The position numbers were made by a program, and so were the translations under genes. The notes beneath the pieces were generated by a model. It saw nothing but the letters and a program-made list of their open reading frames with translations. It was not told the DNA's origin and made no database searches. A stretch of 63,830 nt of DNA, the filler included, from Hyphochytrium catenoides (Eukaryota > Protista > Hyphochytriomycota): NCBI GenBank assembly GCA_900088475.1. It is 6 parts of 6 records of this genome, joined end to end, with 100 filler letters (N's around TTAATTAATTAA, not from the genome) between each part and the next. Parts side by side here need not be neighbours in the genome. Positions count along the whole stretch, not along the records: positions 1 to 23,693 come from FLMG01004063.1; 5 more parts are not named here. The stretch is one strand, 5' to 3'. Below are positions 1 to 10,426 of the stretch, in pieces (position 1 is the first letter of the stretch; each line of letters begins with the position of its first letter).

Positions 1-515
1 GTGCTGTTGTTTGTCCTCGAGCAACCGGGAAGACCGGACAGAGCACCAGTGAGGCGGCTAGGACGAGCGGAGAGACGCGAGAGAGCACGAGAGCTAAGGA
101 GACCATGGTAGAAGGAGGACAACAGGGAAAGATAAACCAGAGAGAGAGAGAGAGAGAGAGAGAAGGACGGAGAACTGAGTGCCGACGTTTCTCTCCTGGA
201 TCTTATACCTGGGACTGCTATATCATCATGGCTAAGAGCGAGAGGAAGGACGGCTAACGACTCTGCCCGTTAGTTTGAGACGCTGGAGCAAATTATCAAA
301 AGACGCAGGGAAGAGAAAAAGAGAGAGGAAGACAGCGAAGAAAGAGATCTCTACAGCGCGGAACAGGAAACGATTGCTGAAGCTGACACAGTGAAGTCTG
401 GAAAAAGATCAATTGCCATCGTCTCCTCCATTGACAACAACTGGTAAAAGTTCTAGGTTCTCTCTCGCTGCCCATAACACCTTTCTCTACTTTGAAAGAC
501 AGCAAGAGACAAAGG

Positions 516-576
<61 letters not shown>

Positions 577-749
577 GAAGATAGAGAGAGTAACGGGTTG
601 AGAAGTAGCGCTTCGTACAAAGGAGAGAGGTGATGCTTGGAGGAGGTGACGAAGAAAGAGCCAGTCATCAGAATCATGACATCCTGGTGAGACGAGGGCT
701 GAAACAAGTTTATTCCGACTCTCATCATCATCATAGTGCTGTCTCTCCC

Positions 750-1075
750 ATGCTCTCTCTCCTCTCTCTCTCTGTCTCTCTTTGTCTGTCTCTCCCTCTC
801 TCTCTTTTCTCTCTCTGTCTCTCTCTGTCCCTCTCTTTTCTCTCTCTCTGTCTGGCTCTGTGTCTCTCTCTTTTCTCTCTCTTTTGGCTGTTTGCCTGTC
901 TCTGTCTCTCTCTCTGTCCTGTCTGTCTGTCTATCTGTCTGTCTCTCTCTCTCTTCTCTCTCTCTCTCTCTGTATCATCTGGTTTGTCTTTTCTCTGTCT
1001 CTCTCGCTCTCTCTGTCTGTCTCTCACTCCTCCTCCTGTCCCCCCCCTCTTTCTGTCTCTCTCCCTTCTCCTCTT
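750..1075 (+). repeat. Compound (CT/CTGT)n microsatellite tract, representative of many in the window
   Basis: Near-continuous ct/ctgt units; the source of spurious L/S and E/R ORFs. Confidence 0.9.
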
Positions 1076-3486
1076 CTCCAAAGCATTACCTCTCGACTCT
1101 CTGTATCGTATCACCTTCCCTTCTTCTTACCTTTTTCCTCATCTCTTCTCACTCTGTCTGGCCCTTCTAGTACTCTGTCTTGAGGGCCACCTGGAACACA
1201 GGCCCATACAGATACAAAGTACCAAGAGTTTCTGCTATTTTCAACTTCCTTGAGGCACAGCAGCTGAGACCTTCGACAGTCAGAGTTTCAACGAAGAGAA
1301 GACGCTAGCGACAGCAGAGATTCTCCTTATCTCTCGCCTATTGAGGAGAAGCGGCCAACAACGTCTGCTTGTCGATGGCCAACCCCAAGGGTGGTAGTAC
1401 ACAGCGAATCCAAGGGATTCTCGCGGCAGAAGCGGGGGAGGAGCTTCCAGGAAAGACAGAGCGACTGGAAGGAAAGGAACGCAAGATGCATGAAGCTGGA
1501 CAGCCCGCCGTGAAGGGAAGGAAGACTTGGACCTCGGTGTTTCGTAGCTGGTTCTCTTCTTCCGACAAGCACTTCGCCCCTGCAGCTGCAGAAAAACGCA
1601 ATGCCACGGAGAAGGGTGATGCTCGTCAGCCACTGTCCCTGAAGCCAGACCAGAGCCACACAAAGAGGCCTGTCGTTGCAGATAGATCTCATGCAGGTCC
1701 AAGCAGGACGCGTCCACAGTCTCGTCGAAATTCTAAGCTGACGTTTGCAAGTGATTGCCTAGCGTTTACTCCTGGCTGTTGACGACAGCCTGAAGAAGAA
1801 GCTTATTTGCCGGACTTTCTTCATCTTCTTGCCTGCGCGAAATGCGTCCGTGGGGATTGCACAGCTTCAGGCTGACTCAATCGACTACAAGCTTAACAGA
1901 GATTGAGAAGACAACTGCTTTCTCCTTCTGTGAGCCCGCCTAAACTTTCCTGCTGCGGCGCTATCTTGCTTATAAGAAGATCTCCGTCGCCGATGGCTCA
2001 TACTTGTGCACTTCCCTCCTACTGCGTCAAATCTAGACGAGTGACTTTCAGAGTTGCGTCGCCTTGGTATGAGAACTTAGACAGGCATGTCTGCTATCAA
2101 TCATGCGCCACATCAGGGCAACTGGTGGGTCGCAGCAGGAAAGCTCTGACCCCAATAATGTTATTGTGGAGGTGAGTTGTTGTTGACCTTAGCTTAGGAA
2201 GGGCCTTGGTGGCAGCGGTCATCCTCTTCTGTACTGGTTGATACGCTGGATAGCCTTGGTAAGCGTGACACTGGCATCTTCCCATAGAACTGATGGTGAG
2301 CTCTCGAGCTATTGATCTTTAACATGGCAGCGCCTGAGTTCAAAGCGACAGTGCTAGTGCTGCCGGAGCTGGAGTATGCAGCGGTGCCGGCTCGAAGTAA
2401 TTGGAGGTGATCATACAGCCTCAGCCTCAAACGCCTCGAAGGAGGACCTAATATCCTGCGGCTAGTCTCCCCATTCCAGTTGAAAGCATCATCCCGTTCC
2501 TGACACTATCAGGTTGTTGGTTACTGATAAAGCTTTGGTGCAGAGTAGCCAGGGCCTTGGTGTATTGACAACCATAGATGGTTGTATCATAAAGCCTTCT
2601 TCCGTCTCACATGGCTCGTCGCGATACGACGTCCCCAATCATCAGCGAATATGACATGGCTTGTCCAAAAGCTGAAGCTTCTAGAGCTCCGCTTAGTCTT
2701 CGGAGTGCAACTTGAACCCAGAGAAAGAAGCCAACTGTACAGAGGACAGCCGATAGTAGCATCCTTCATAATTGTCTTTTATCTCTAGTACTCTCCTCAT
2801 AGGATAACCCCGTTCTTGTGGAGATATTCAACTGTTCTTTTCTATTGACGGCCTAAGTTGTTACGTGCACACAACCAGCAAAGAGCCCATCGGACGGGTG
2901 CTGGCTATGAAGCTATAAGAGGAGCTCGGTCAATGGCTAGGACCACTCTCCACCGAAAAAAAGCAGAAAAGTGCTGGTTGCTGAGCAGGCGGGGACCCAG
3001 AGTGCCTAAGCATTCAGATCCACATCTTTTATAAGGCAAGGCTATACGTAGGATATCTCTCCCTCAGTTGACTAGGCCCAGTCTAGCCTCTGGCAAAAGG
3101 CATGGGCAAATGGGCGTTTCCTGAACTAGAACTCTAAATCATTGAGACGTTTACTGTTCTTATTTTTTTAATGCAGCATTATAGAGAACTTCCTAACCAG
3201 CTTGGACAGACAATTATCTGCAAAATAGAGCGCAAGAGATAGAGCATGAAAAGGTAAGAATAGCGAGGCTCTACCAACTTCAGAGTCATAAAGAAAGAGA
3301 CAATAGAGTAAATAAAAGAGAATAAGAGGGCTCATTCTTCTTCTTGAGAGCCAAAAGAGGCAGGACGCAAAGGTTTCCTCTGTCACGGCGGCTGTATCCC
3401 ATAGACCTAGTCACTCCTCATCCTATTGCTGATAAGGTAGTCAACGCTATGTCGGGAGAGGCACGAGGCTGTTACTCACACCATTC

Positions 3487-5103
3487 CTAAAGTCCAACCT
3501 CCTCCACCCGCTCTTGGTCTGTTGGAGGAGCAGAGCTTCCAGACATTCTACTTCCTCCCCTCTCAACGTACTCATCAATAAAGTTCTGTTTCCTAGTGGT
3601 TGGAGCCCTGGATTGTGTCGCTGTAGTAGCGCTAGCTCGATAGCCACCACCGCTTCCGCCCCCATACATATCAGAGGATGCGCCGTATTCGATTGGCACC
3701 GCTTCAGCAATGGGCATATTCTGAGGTAGGCGGCTCCCTGCGTGGTTGTTGAGTGGCTTTCCGCACCGTGTGCAGAACAGTGCGCCCTCGATCAGCTCCT
3801 CGCCACATGCGGTACACATAGCAGCCGCAGAGCTAATACCAGGCGACACTACCCCACCTGTAGCTGCGTAGGTCCCGGGCTCGGAGCCTCTCTGGCCCAT
3901 AGGTACTCCAGCATAGATGTTCTGAGGAGCAGCGGAAGTTGGTCCTTGGTGAAAAGCTGGACCTTGCTGAGCGTAGTTGTTAACACCTAGCTGGCTCGAT
4001 GGTGCAGCCCCGTTACCGGAGTGGAAGGAAGGAGGAGGGGCACTTGGCGACATCTCTACAACGCCCGAAGCCCTCTGTACCGCCATGGGCTGGGAGGTAG
4101 GCTGTTGTTGCTGTGGCTGTGGATGCTGCTGGTAGTGAGTTAAGCCGCCAGGAGGGGGAGGAGGAGCCTGATGCGAATACTGCGGCTGCTGTCCAGCCAT
4201 TCCGTACGCAGCAGCCTGGCCGGGAGGTGGTTTAGGATACTCTCCTCCAGCAGTCCCAGCCATCGGTTGCTGACTATACCCTACAGCTCCTCCTCCTCCC
4301 TGAGCGTGTTGCTGTCCATAGTTTCCAGGCTTATTTGGATCGTCAATGTGGACGTAAGGAGGTGTGGGATGGCTGGGACTTGGGGTCGCATTCGAGGCGT
4401 TGTAATGGTTGTTGGGCTTCTTCTTGCTCCAAATGAAGATGCCAATAATCAGAGCCAGGAGAACGACACCACCTACGATAATCCCTACCAGCGCCCCGGT
4501 TGAAAGGCCACTCGATTCCTTTTTGCTATCTGTCGGCGTCACAAAACCTCCATCATCACTACTGTCATTGCCTTTGCTGCCATTATTAGAGGGCTTCGTC
4601 GTCGTCGTAGAGGCGCCATCTCCTGCTGCACATGTCTTGGCCCAACCAGCATAATCTTCCTTGGCCGAAGTGTCACCGCTGAGGACCTTGCTCATGTAGT
4701 CTCCAAACGCGCGGCTGTAGCACTTGCAGTACGTCTTTTTGTTAGCTCCTGACGGCATGTAGGCAGAAGTTGGATCTTCGAGGCAAGCAGGCTCAAAGGC
4801 CTGGATAGTACAGTTGCCTGTTATTGGACCCAGTTGGCTGAGGGCGCCAAGAGGATCTCCGCCCAACTCCTTGGCCATACAGGTGCAGAAAGAGTCGTAT
4901 ATCTTCTTCTGCTGAGCCGTGACAGACACTCCGGAGTTTGCCACAGCTGAATCATAGCAGCTCTGGTAGTAATCATCGCCTTTGGCAGCTTGGGCGGCAG
5001 CCACATGAATCTGAGACAGCGCTGCCAGGGAGATCGCAACAGCCATGATCAAGAAAAGGCCGTACTTCGGCCTCTTCCTCCTCAAAAGTTCGGACGGCGC
5101 CAT
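3487..5103 (-). CDS. Intronless type-I membrane protein: signal peptide, 8-Cys ectodomain, S/T stalk, TM helix, Q/P/G-rich cytoplasmic tail with zinc ribbon
   Basis: Long open frame; likely ATG at 5103 (MAPSELLRRKRPKYGLFLIMAVAISLAALSQ...). TM segment LSTGALVGIIVGGVVLLALIIGIFIW followed by SKKK stop-transfer. CTACG...FCTRCG zinc ribbon near the C-terminus. Confidence 0.85.
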   Translation of the reverse strand: MAPSELLRRKRPKYGLFLIMAVAISLAALSQIHVAAAQAAKGDDYYQSCYDSAVANSGVSVTAQQKKIYDSFCTCMAKELGGDPLGALSQLGPITGNCTIQAFEPACLEDPTSAYMPSGANKKTYCKCYSRAFGDYMSKVLSGDTSAKEDYAGWAKTCAAGDGASTTTTKPSNNGSKGNDSSDDGGFVTPTDSKKESSGLSTGALVGIIVGGVVLLALIIGIFIWSKKKPNNHYNASNATPSPSHPTPPYVHIDDPNKPGNYGQQHAQGGGGAVGYSQQPMAGTAGGEYPKPPPGQAAAYGMAGQQPQYSHQAPPPPPGGLTHYQQHPQPQQQQPTSQPMAVQRASGVVEMSPSAPPPSFHSGNGAAPSSQLGVNNYAQQGPAFHQGPTSAAPQNIYAGVPMGQRGSEPGTYAATGGVVSPGISSAAAMCTACGEELIEGALFCTRCGKPLNNHAGSRLPQNMPIAEAVPIEYGASSDMYGGGSGGGYRASATTATQSRAPTTRKQNFIDEYVERGGSRMSGSSAPPTDQERVEEVGL

Positions 5104-8100
5104 GACTGCCCGCCTTAGGTCAACAGAGAAAGAGACAATGCAAGAGGCCGCGGGAAGACTCAAATATCGAGAAAGAAGTGGCGTGCAAGAGACTTCAAAA
5201 GGGCAGGAGGTGCGATCCGCTGTGCACAACAAGAATTGAGGAGAGGCAACCTGCTTTCTCTTCCTTCTAGAGCGCGCCACCATCTCAGAAGCTGCGTCTC
5301 TCCTCGTTCATTTATTAGCAGGCCCTCTTTGCTCTGACTCTTTCTCTCTTTCTTGCGTTCTCACTCTTTCTCTGTCGTCTCAACTACTTCTGTCCCCACG
5401 CTCTTTCATGTGTCTTTCGACAGTCTTAGCCTGCCCTTTGTCTTCTTCCCATTCTTTTTGTAGTTAGTTGGCCTTAACAGAGGAACGCTCTTTCTTCTCT
5501 CTCTCTCTCTCTTTCTCTCTCTCTGTCTCCCTCTCTTTCGCCTCCATTCTCTCTCTCTCTCTCTCTCAGTCTCTCTATTTCAGTCTCTCCCTGAGTCTTC
5601 TCTCTTTCTCTTTCTCTCAGTCTCTCTCTTACTCTCTCTCTCTTCGTCCCTCACTCTCTTTGTCTCTCACTCTTCCACTCTCCTGTACTCTCTTCACCTC
5701 TCTATCTCTGGTTGGACATCGTCTCTGCTTACAAGGTGGAAGGGCCATATCTAGCTCACTCTGTCTCCTTAGCCTTTGACTCTAACTGTCCAGTTAATCG
5801 AAGTACTCTCGAGAAGTTAGTCTTCTCATATATCTCAATGACTCAGGTGTATCTCAGACGGTATCTGTCTCTTGAAGATCGAACAGCCTCATTCTTCCGC
5901 TTTCACATTGCTGATCCTAATCCACAATCTAGCCCTGTCGCCTATAGATCCTGGCATTGTTATCCGAACCTTCTCCGCCCGCCCACAACCTTGAGCCGTC
6001 CCTCTTCCGAACCCTCCTTCACTTCAATAATAAGCGCTGGCCTCTGATTGGCTGATAGTCATGGCAGGCTTTAGAATGGACATATCTTATTGGACAAAAG
6101 TAGAGGCAACTGTCCTGATTGGCGGGTCCGCCTCTTCTCTTTCTCCCTCGGCGCTCTCCCATCCACCGCTCTATGTTACTAGGAGTATTCCTATAATACT
6201 GATCAATGGGCCACCTGTTACCCTCTGGCCCACCCATCCCCGTAAAACCCTCCCCGTTTATCTTCTCAACTTCCTCACCGTAGACAGCAAAATATCTCTC
6301 ACCTTTACTGTCTCGTTTTAACTATTTGGTTTCTTTAGCTTTCTCCGTATCTCTTTCCGCTCTGTTGCGACATTAATCTTGGCATTCCTGTATCCTCAAC
6401 GACGGGAGTTACCTGAGAGGAGCATGGTCGCTTCAGCCACATCCTGAATAACGAGCAAAGAACGGGTCTTTTTACAAAAAATATCAAGAGATAAGGGTCC
6501 AAAATCCGGTCCAATTAACTCAGCAACCATCTAGAATACTTACCGTTACCGGACCCAGTAGCCAGTGAATAGTCGTTAGCGGCTCTATTGCCCCTGTCCC
6601 ATCATCCTTAGGCCGTCTGGTCTTCACAATTCTGTGTCCCGGTCGTTACTCTACTGTACTGTCTCCGTCATCCAGTCAGTCCAGTCCTGTCATCAGCACC
6701 GCTATGGAGACCCCAACTGTGGCTAGACATATATAAAAGCGCTATTGGATGACTAATGATGAGGAGATAGTAGCAGCGGCCGAAGAATGACGGCAAAACG
6801 GTAGTAGTAGCAGAATATAAAGATAAAGAATATGGGAGAAGAGGTATTTGTTGCTGTCTATTCTTCTCTTTGTGTGTGTCTTCTCCTATCCCACCAGGAA
6901 TCTTTATTGATAGAAGGAGAGAGGGATCAATGATGTCAGTCATCATCATCTCCTTCTTCTTCATCGTCTCTTAATAGGCTGCTGGCCAGGCTTTGTTGAA
7001 GAAGAATGTGCAAAGGAGGACGATCTTCCTTTAGGAGCGCCAACTAGGACTTTGTATAACATCAGAAGAAGAGGAGATTTATCTTTTGACTCTCTATTCC
7101 GGTGTTAAGATTCCCGTAAGTCGCAAAGACCAGTTGTCTGAGAAACCCAGAAGAGTTAGGGAGGAAGAAGAAGGATAAGAGCATGGGATTAGCATCAAAC
7201 AGAAAGGTTACCCTTAGTGCTTTAGAGAGGTAGGGAGGGTTATCACCTCATCTAAACCGGATGAATATTAGACTAAGAACAAGAACAAGGACAGACGGGA
7301 ACTGATGATAATGCACCCCACCACCAACCTCTTCTCTATTCCCTCCTCCTGACGGATGCCCCTACTACTACTACTAGCAGCATGATAAATGGGAAGGGTC
7401 CGGGTTGTGAGAGCAGCGTCTCGACTAGCTACCAATGGTAAACTGTTGCGTGGTGTTGAACCACTTATTGCAGCATCATCTCTATCTTGAACTCCTCCTG
7501 TGCCTGCAAGCTGGTGGAAACGTCAGAGGAACTGCTGGCTTCCTGCCTGATGAATAAAGTAGAGGATGGGTGACAAGTTCTCCTACGTCGCTTTCCATTT
7601 TATCCTCATGCTCTCCTCTTCTCTCTCTCCTCTTACTATCGGAGAACTACTTTAAGCCTCCAGCGGAACTCAAAAACGCCTCGGTAGGCCGGCTAGGTAA
7701 ATTGGTAGATAATATGGCAACTTAGTGAAGCTTCCTGTAGCTAGAGCTCCCTCTTAAGAGCGTTTTGCTCACAACCAAAACAATCATCAAGTTCCACAAG
7801 GAAGCACTCAAATTACGGGGTCGTTCCGCTGGCACGACGTCTGTCTTCAGAAAGCGGTCATAAGTGCAGACTTCTCCTAGTATTTCTTAGTCCGACTAAT
7901 CTACTGAAGGGCGAGGCTTTCACCGAGCGAAGAAAGCGCGATGTGAGCCCTTTTCCTCAAAAAGGATATAGAACAGAGCTAAAGAGAGGTCTTCGTGCGT
8001 GCCCCGGCATAACTGGATAAACGATGGATCCACAGAAAACCCCTGAGTGTGGTTCTGCAAAGGCTTGGGCCATGATTGCGGCCACAAAGTCGATTGCCTG

Positions 8101-8833
8101 TGGCGCAGGAGTTAGTCACACTCTCAGTCCGTAGCGTGCGTAGCCCGCCAAGAGGTTACCTCGCCATTATCCCATCAAAATTACTCGTGAATATCCTATC
8201 TACCAACTAAACTTAGGATAGCTCAGACTTCGGACAGACGTCCTTCTTTAGACCGACATCTTCCTCCAACTGTCTTCACTGACGATGAAGAATTGGGACG
8301 ACCGATGGAGACGGACATTCTGGTCCAACCGTCCTCGATAATGATGAAGGAACTGGAGCGGCATTTTCTCCTGCTCGAAGAAGCAGCAGTGCTTTGTCTC
8401 CGGGGAAACGCAAGGATCAAGCTCTCAAATAATCTACTACCTTGCTCATCTTCTCCAGACAAAGTCCTCCTTGTCACCAAGGTACCTTATCGGACCAGCC
8501 TCTCTTTCACATATAGCTATATATCAAGCATCTACGCTACCCAGAGTATACACCTTCGAATCCAAGAGCACCGCTTCAGCTAGCGATGGAGAAGTTTTGA
8601 CACTCAGAACAAAAATTTGGAAAGAGACACGCTAAAGTTTAGCAATATAAGTTATGATAGAGTAAAAGTAGATCTACAAGGAAGGTACGCCCCGAGGATC
8701 CATACCCCGTAACAATACAGAGCCCAGGCTGGCGGGAGGCGGGGAGGAAGGTAAGTCCAGGCGTTAAGAGGGGCACACCCAGTGGAAGAAGAGCGGACGC
8801 AGAGGCGGAGTTGGTGTTACTTTCCTCTTCTCC

Positions 8834-10426
8834 TCAAATCCAGACGGTGCTCTCATGACGTGATACGCTGGAGGAGTGTCTGTCATCTGTCATGTTTGTC
8901 GGCCGCTCTGTCATATCTGTGGGCCGCTCTGTCATATCTGTCGGTCTTTCAGTTGCTTCCGTTGGCCGCTCAGCTGGCTCACTCGTGACGTTTGGGCAAG
9001 AAGAGGGAAGAATTGGCATCTCTGAAGGCCTATCTCCTAACCCAGCTTTTTCTCTAGAAATCTCTCTTCCAATGGTTCTTAGCATAGCGGCAGCGAGCTC
9101 CGTTCCGGGTATCAACTTTTCATCTTCCGTTCCATCAGAAGCTCTTACAGACGCAGAAGACGATGCCCCACTGCCCATACGTGGTATTCCAGCAGAGGCA
9201 TCGCTCGAAGAAGGCGCTCCACTGGTACCTCTGGCGACGGACGGCCCACCTGAGCTGCTGCTGGCACCCCTAGCTGCAGGTAGTCCGCTGAGCCTATGTG
9301 TATCTGCGTAAGCGGAAGAGAGCTCACTTGGGTTGTAGATGGACGAAGAGGCAGAGGATCCTCTGGCCCACACACCTCCGGAGCCTGTGCTGCGTTGCGA
9401 AGAGCCCGATCCTTCTCGAGACACAGCCTGTAGAACCTGAACTCTTCGCCCACGATAAACGGACTGCCCATCGCTGTCTCTATCTTCACTCTTCACTATA
9501 ACAGCGGGTACGGGCGTCGCCAGGGTATGATAATCACCACTGCCGCCGCCGCCTTTTCTACTATGTGCTTGCCTCCGGGCCTCTCTCTTTCTCCGCCACG
9601 AAATCAGAAGAATGCAGCCACAAGAGGCCAGAGCGATTAATGTCCCAATGCCAATAGCAACGGCAGCGAGCACCGACAATCCGGCGCTAGTCGCAGACGC
9701 ACTTGATGAGGCCGCCTTTGACTGCGCAGTGCTATCAGCAGGCGCCTCAGTTGTTTCAGCTGTTGGAGCTTCACTTTTTGGCCCCGCATCACTCTCCCAA
9801 TCTTTCTGACCTCCAGCAGTAGTATTCGCTGCGGCGGAAGGAGTGGTAGATGGGCTGGCGTCTGGTGAGGGACCTTCATCCTTTTCCTGCTTCTCGGATA
9901 GAGTAGGAGCAGCAGGAGTGAGAGGCGTAGTAGGAGTAGGAGGAGTGGGTATGGCGCCATTGGTGCTAGCCCTCACGCTGTTAGCAAGTGCGGAGCATTT
10001 TCTCTCAATCGCCAGGACTTCAGCGGGTGAAGCCTTAAAGTTTCTCACAAGTTCTTGCCCAGAACATTGGCAGAAAACAGCGCTATCTCCTGCTTGTGGC
10101 CGCATGCCGTAGGCTCCAGGATTCTCTTGGCAGAAAGGCAGGTACGTCGAGTAGAAGCACTCTTGAAAGGGCTTGATGTCTCCTCCTGGGGCACTGGTGG
10201 TTGGAGCTTTGGCAACCCAGCACCGACATAGGTCCTGGGCCGCCACTTGGGGGTCATCGAAGAAGCCTTTAAACGCTGGTTCTGCAATGCCTAAGCAGGC
10301 AATATACGGGTCTTTACCCCCAGCCTGTTGTGCGGAGACGTAGGATAGATCTTTCCAGGCGGCAACAAGTAGAAGGGCCAGCCCTGAGGCAAGGAGGCGG
10401 CCTGCGGCATATCCTGTCTTCTCCAT
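8834..10426 (-). CDS. Intronless type-I membrane protein, paralog of 3487-5103 (8-Cys ectodomain, P/T/S stalk, TM, S/G-rich tail)
   Basis: 530-aa ORF. Signal peptide LLASGLALLLVAAW. Same Cys spacing as the neighbouring gene. TM VLAAVAIGIGTLIALASCGCILLISW followed by RRKR. Confidence 0.85.
   Translation of the reverse strand: MEKTGYAAGRLLASGLALLLVAAWKDLSYVSAQQAGGKDPYIACLGIAEPAFKGFFDDPQVAAQDLCRCWVAKAPTTSAPGGDIKPFQECFYSTYLPFCQENPGAYGMRPQAGDSAVFCQCSGQELVRNFKASPAEVLAIERKCSALANSVRASTNGAIPTPPTPTTPLTPAAPTLSEKQEKDEGPSPDASPSTTPSAAANTTAGGQKDWESDAGPKSEAPTAETTEAPADSTAQSKAASSSASATSAGLSVLAAVAIGIGTLIALASCGCILLISWRRKREARRQAHSRKGGGGSGDYHTLATPVPAVIVKSEDRDSDGQSVYRGRRVQVLQAVSREGSGSSQRSTGSGGVWARGSSASSSIYNPSELSSAYADTHRLSGLPAARGASSSSGGPSVARGTSGAPSSSDASAGIPRMGSGASSSASVRASDGTEDEKLIPGTELAAAMLRTIGREISREKAGLGDRPSEMPILPSSCPNVTSEPAERPTEATERPTDMTERPTDMTERPTNMTDDRHSSSVSRHESTVWI
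8880..8975 (-). repeat. Coding 21-bp tandem repeat (ERPT-D/E/N-M/A-T heptad, about 4 copies)
   Basis: ggccgctctgtcatatctgt-type units recur. Translation: ERPTEATERPTDMTERPTDMTERPTNMT. Confidence 0.8.

Noticed and set aside
630-1253. Long L/S-rich and E/R-rich ORFs here and at 46200-48200, 51700-53900 and 57600-63700
   Set aside because: Translations of (CT)n/(GA)n tracts, which lack stop codons. Not genes.
274-1782. Possible 3' exons of a plus-strand gene (FETLEQIIKRRREEKK...; ORF 1369-1782)
   Set aside because: Plausible splice sites, but no recognisable domain and no consistent frame I could establish.
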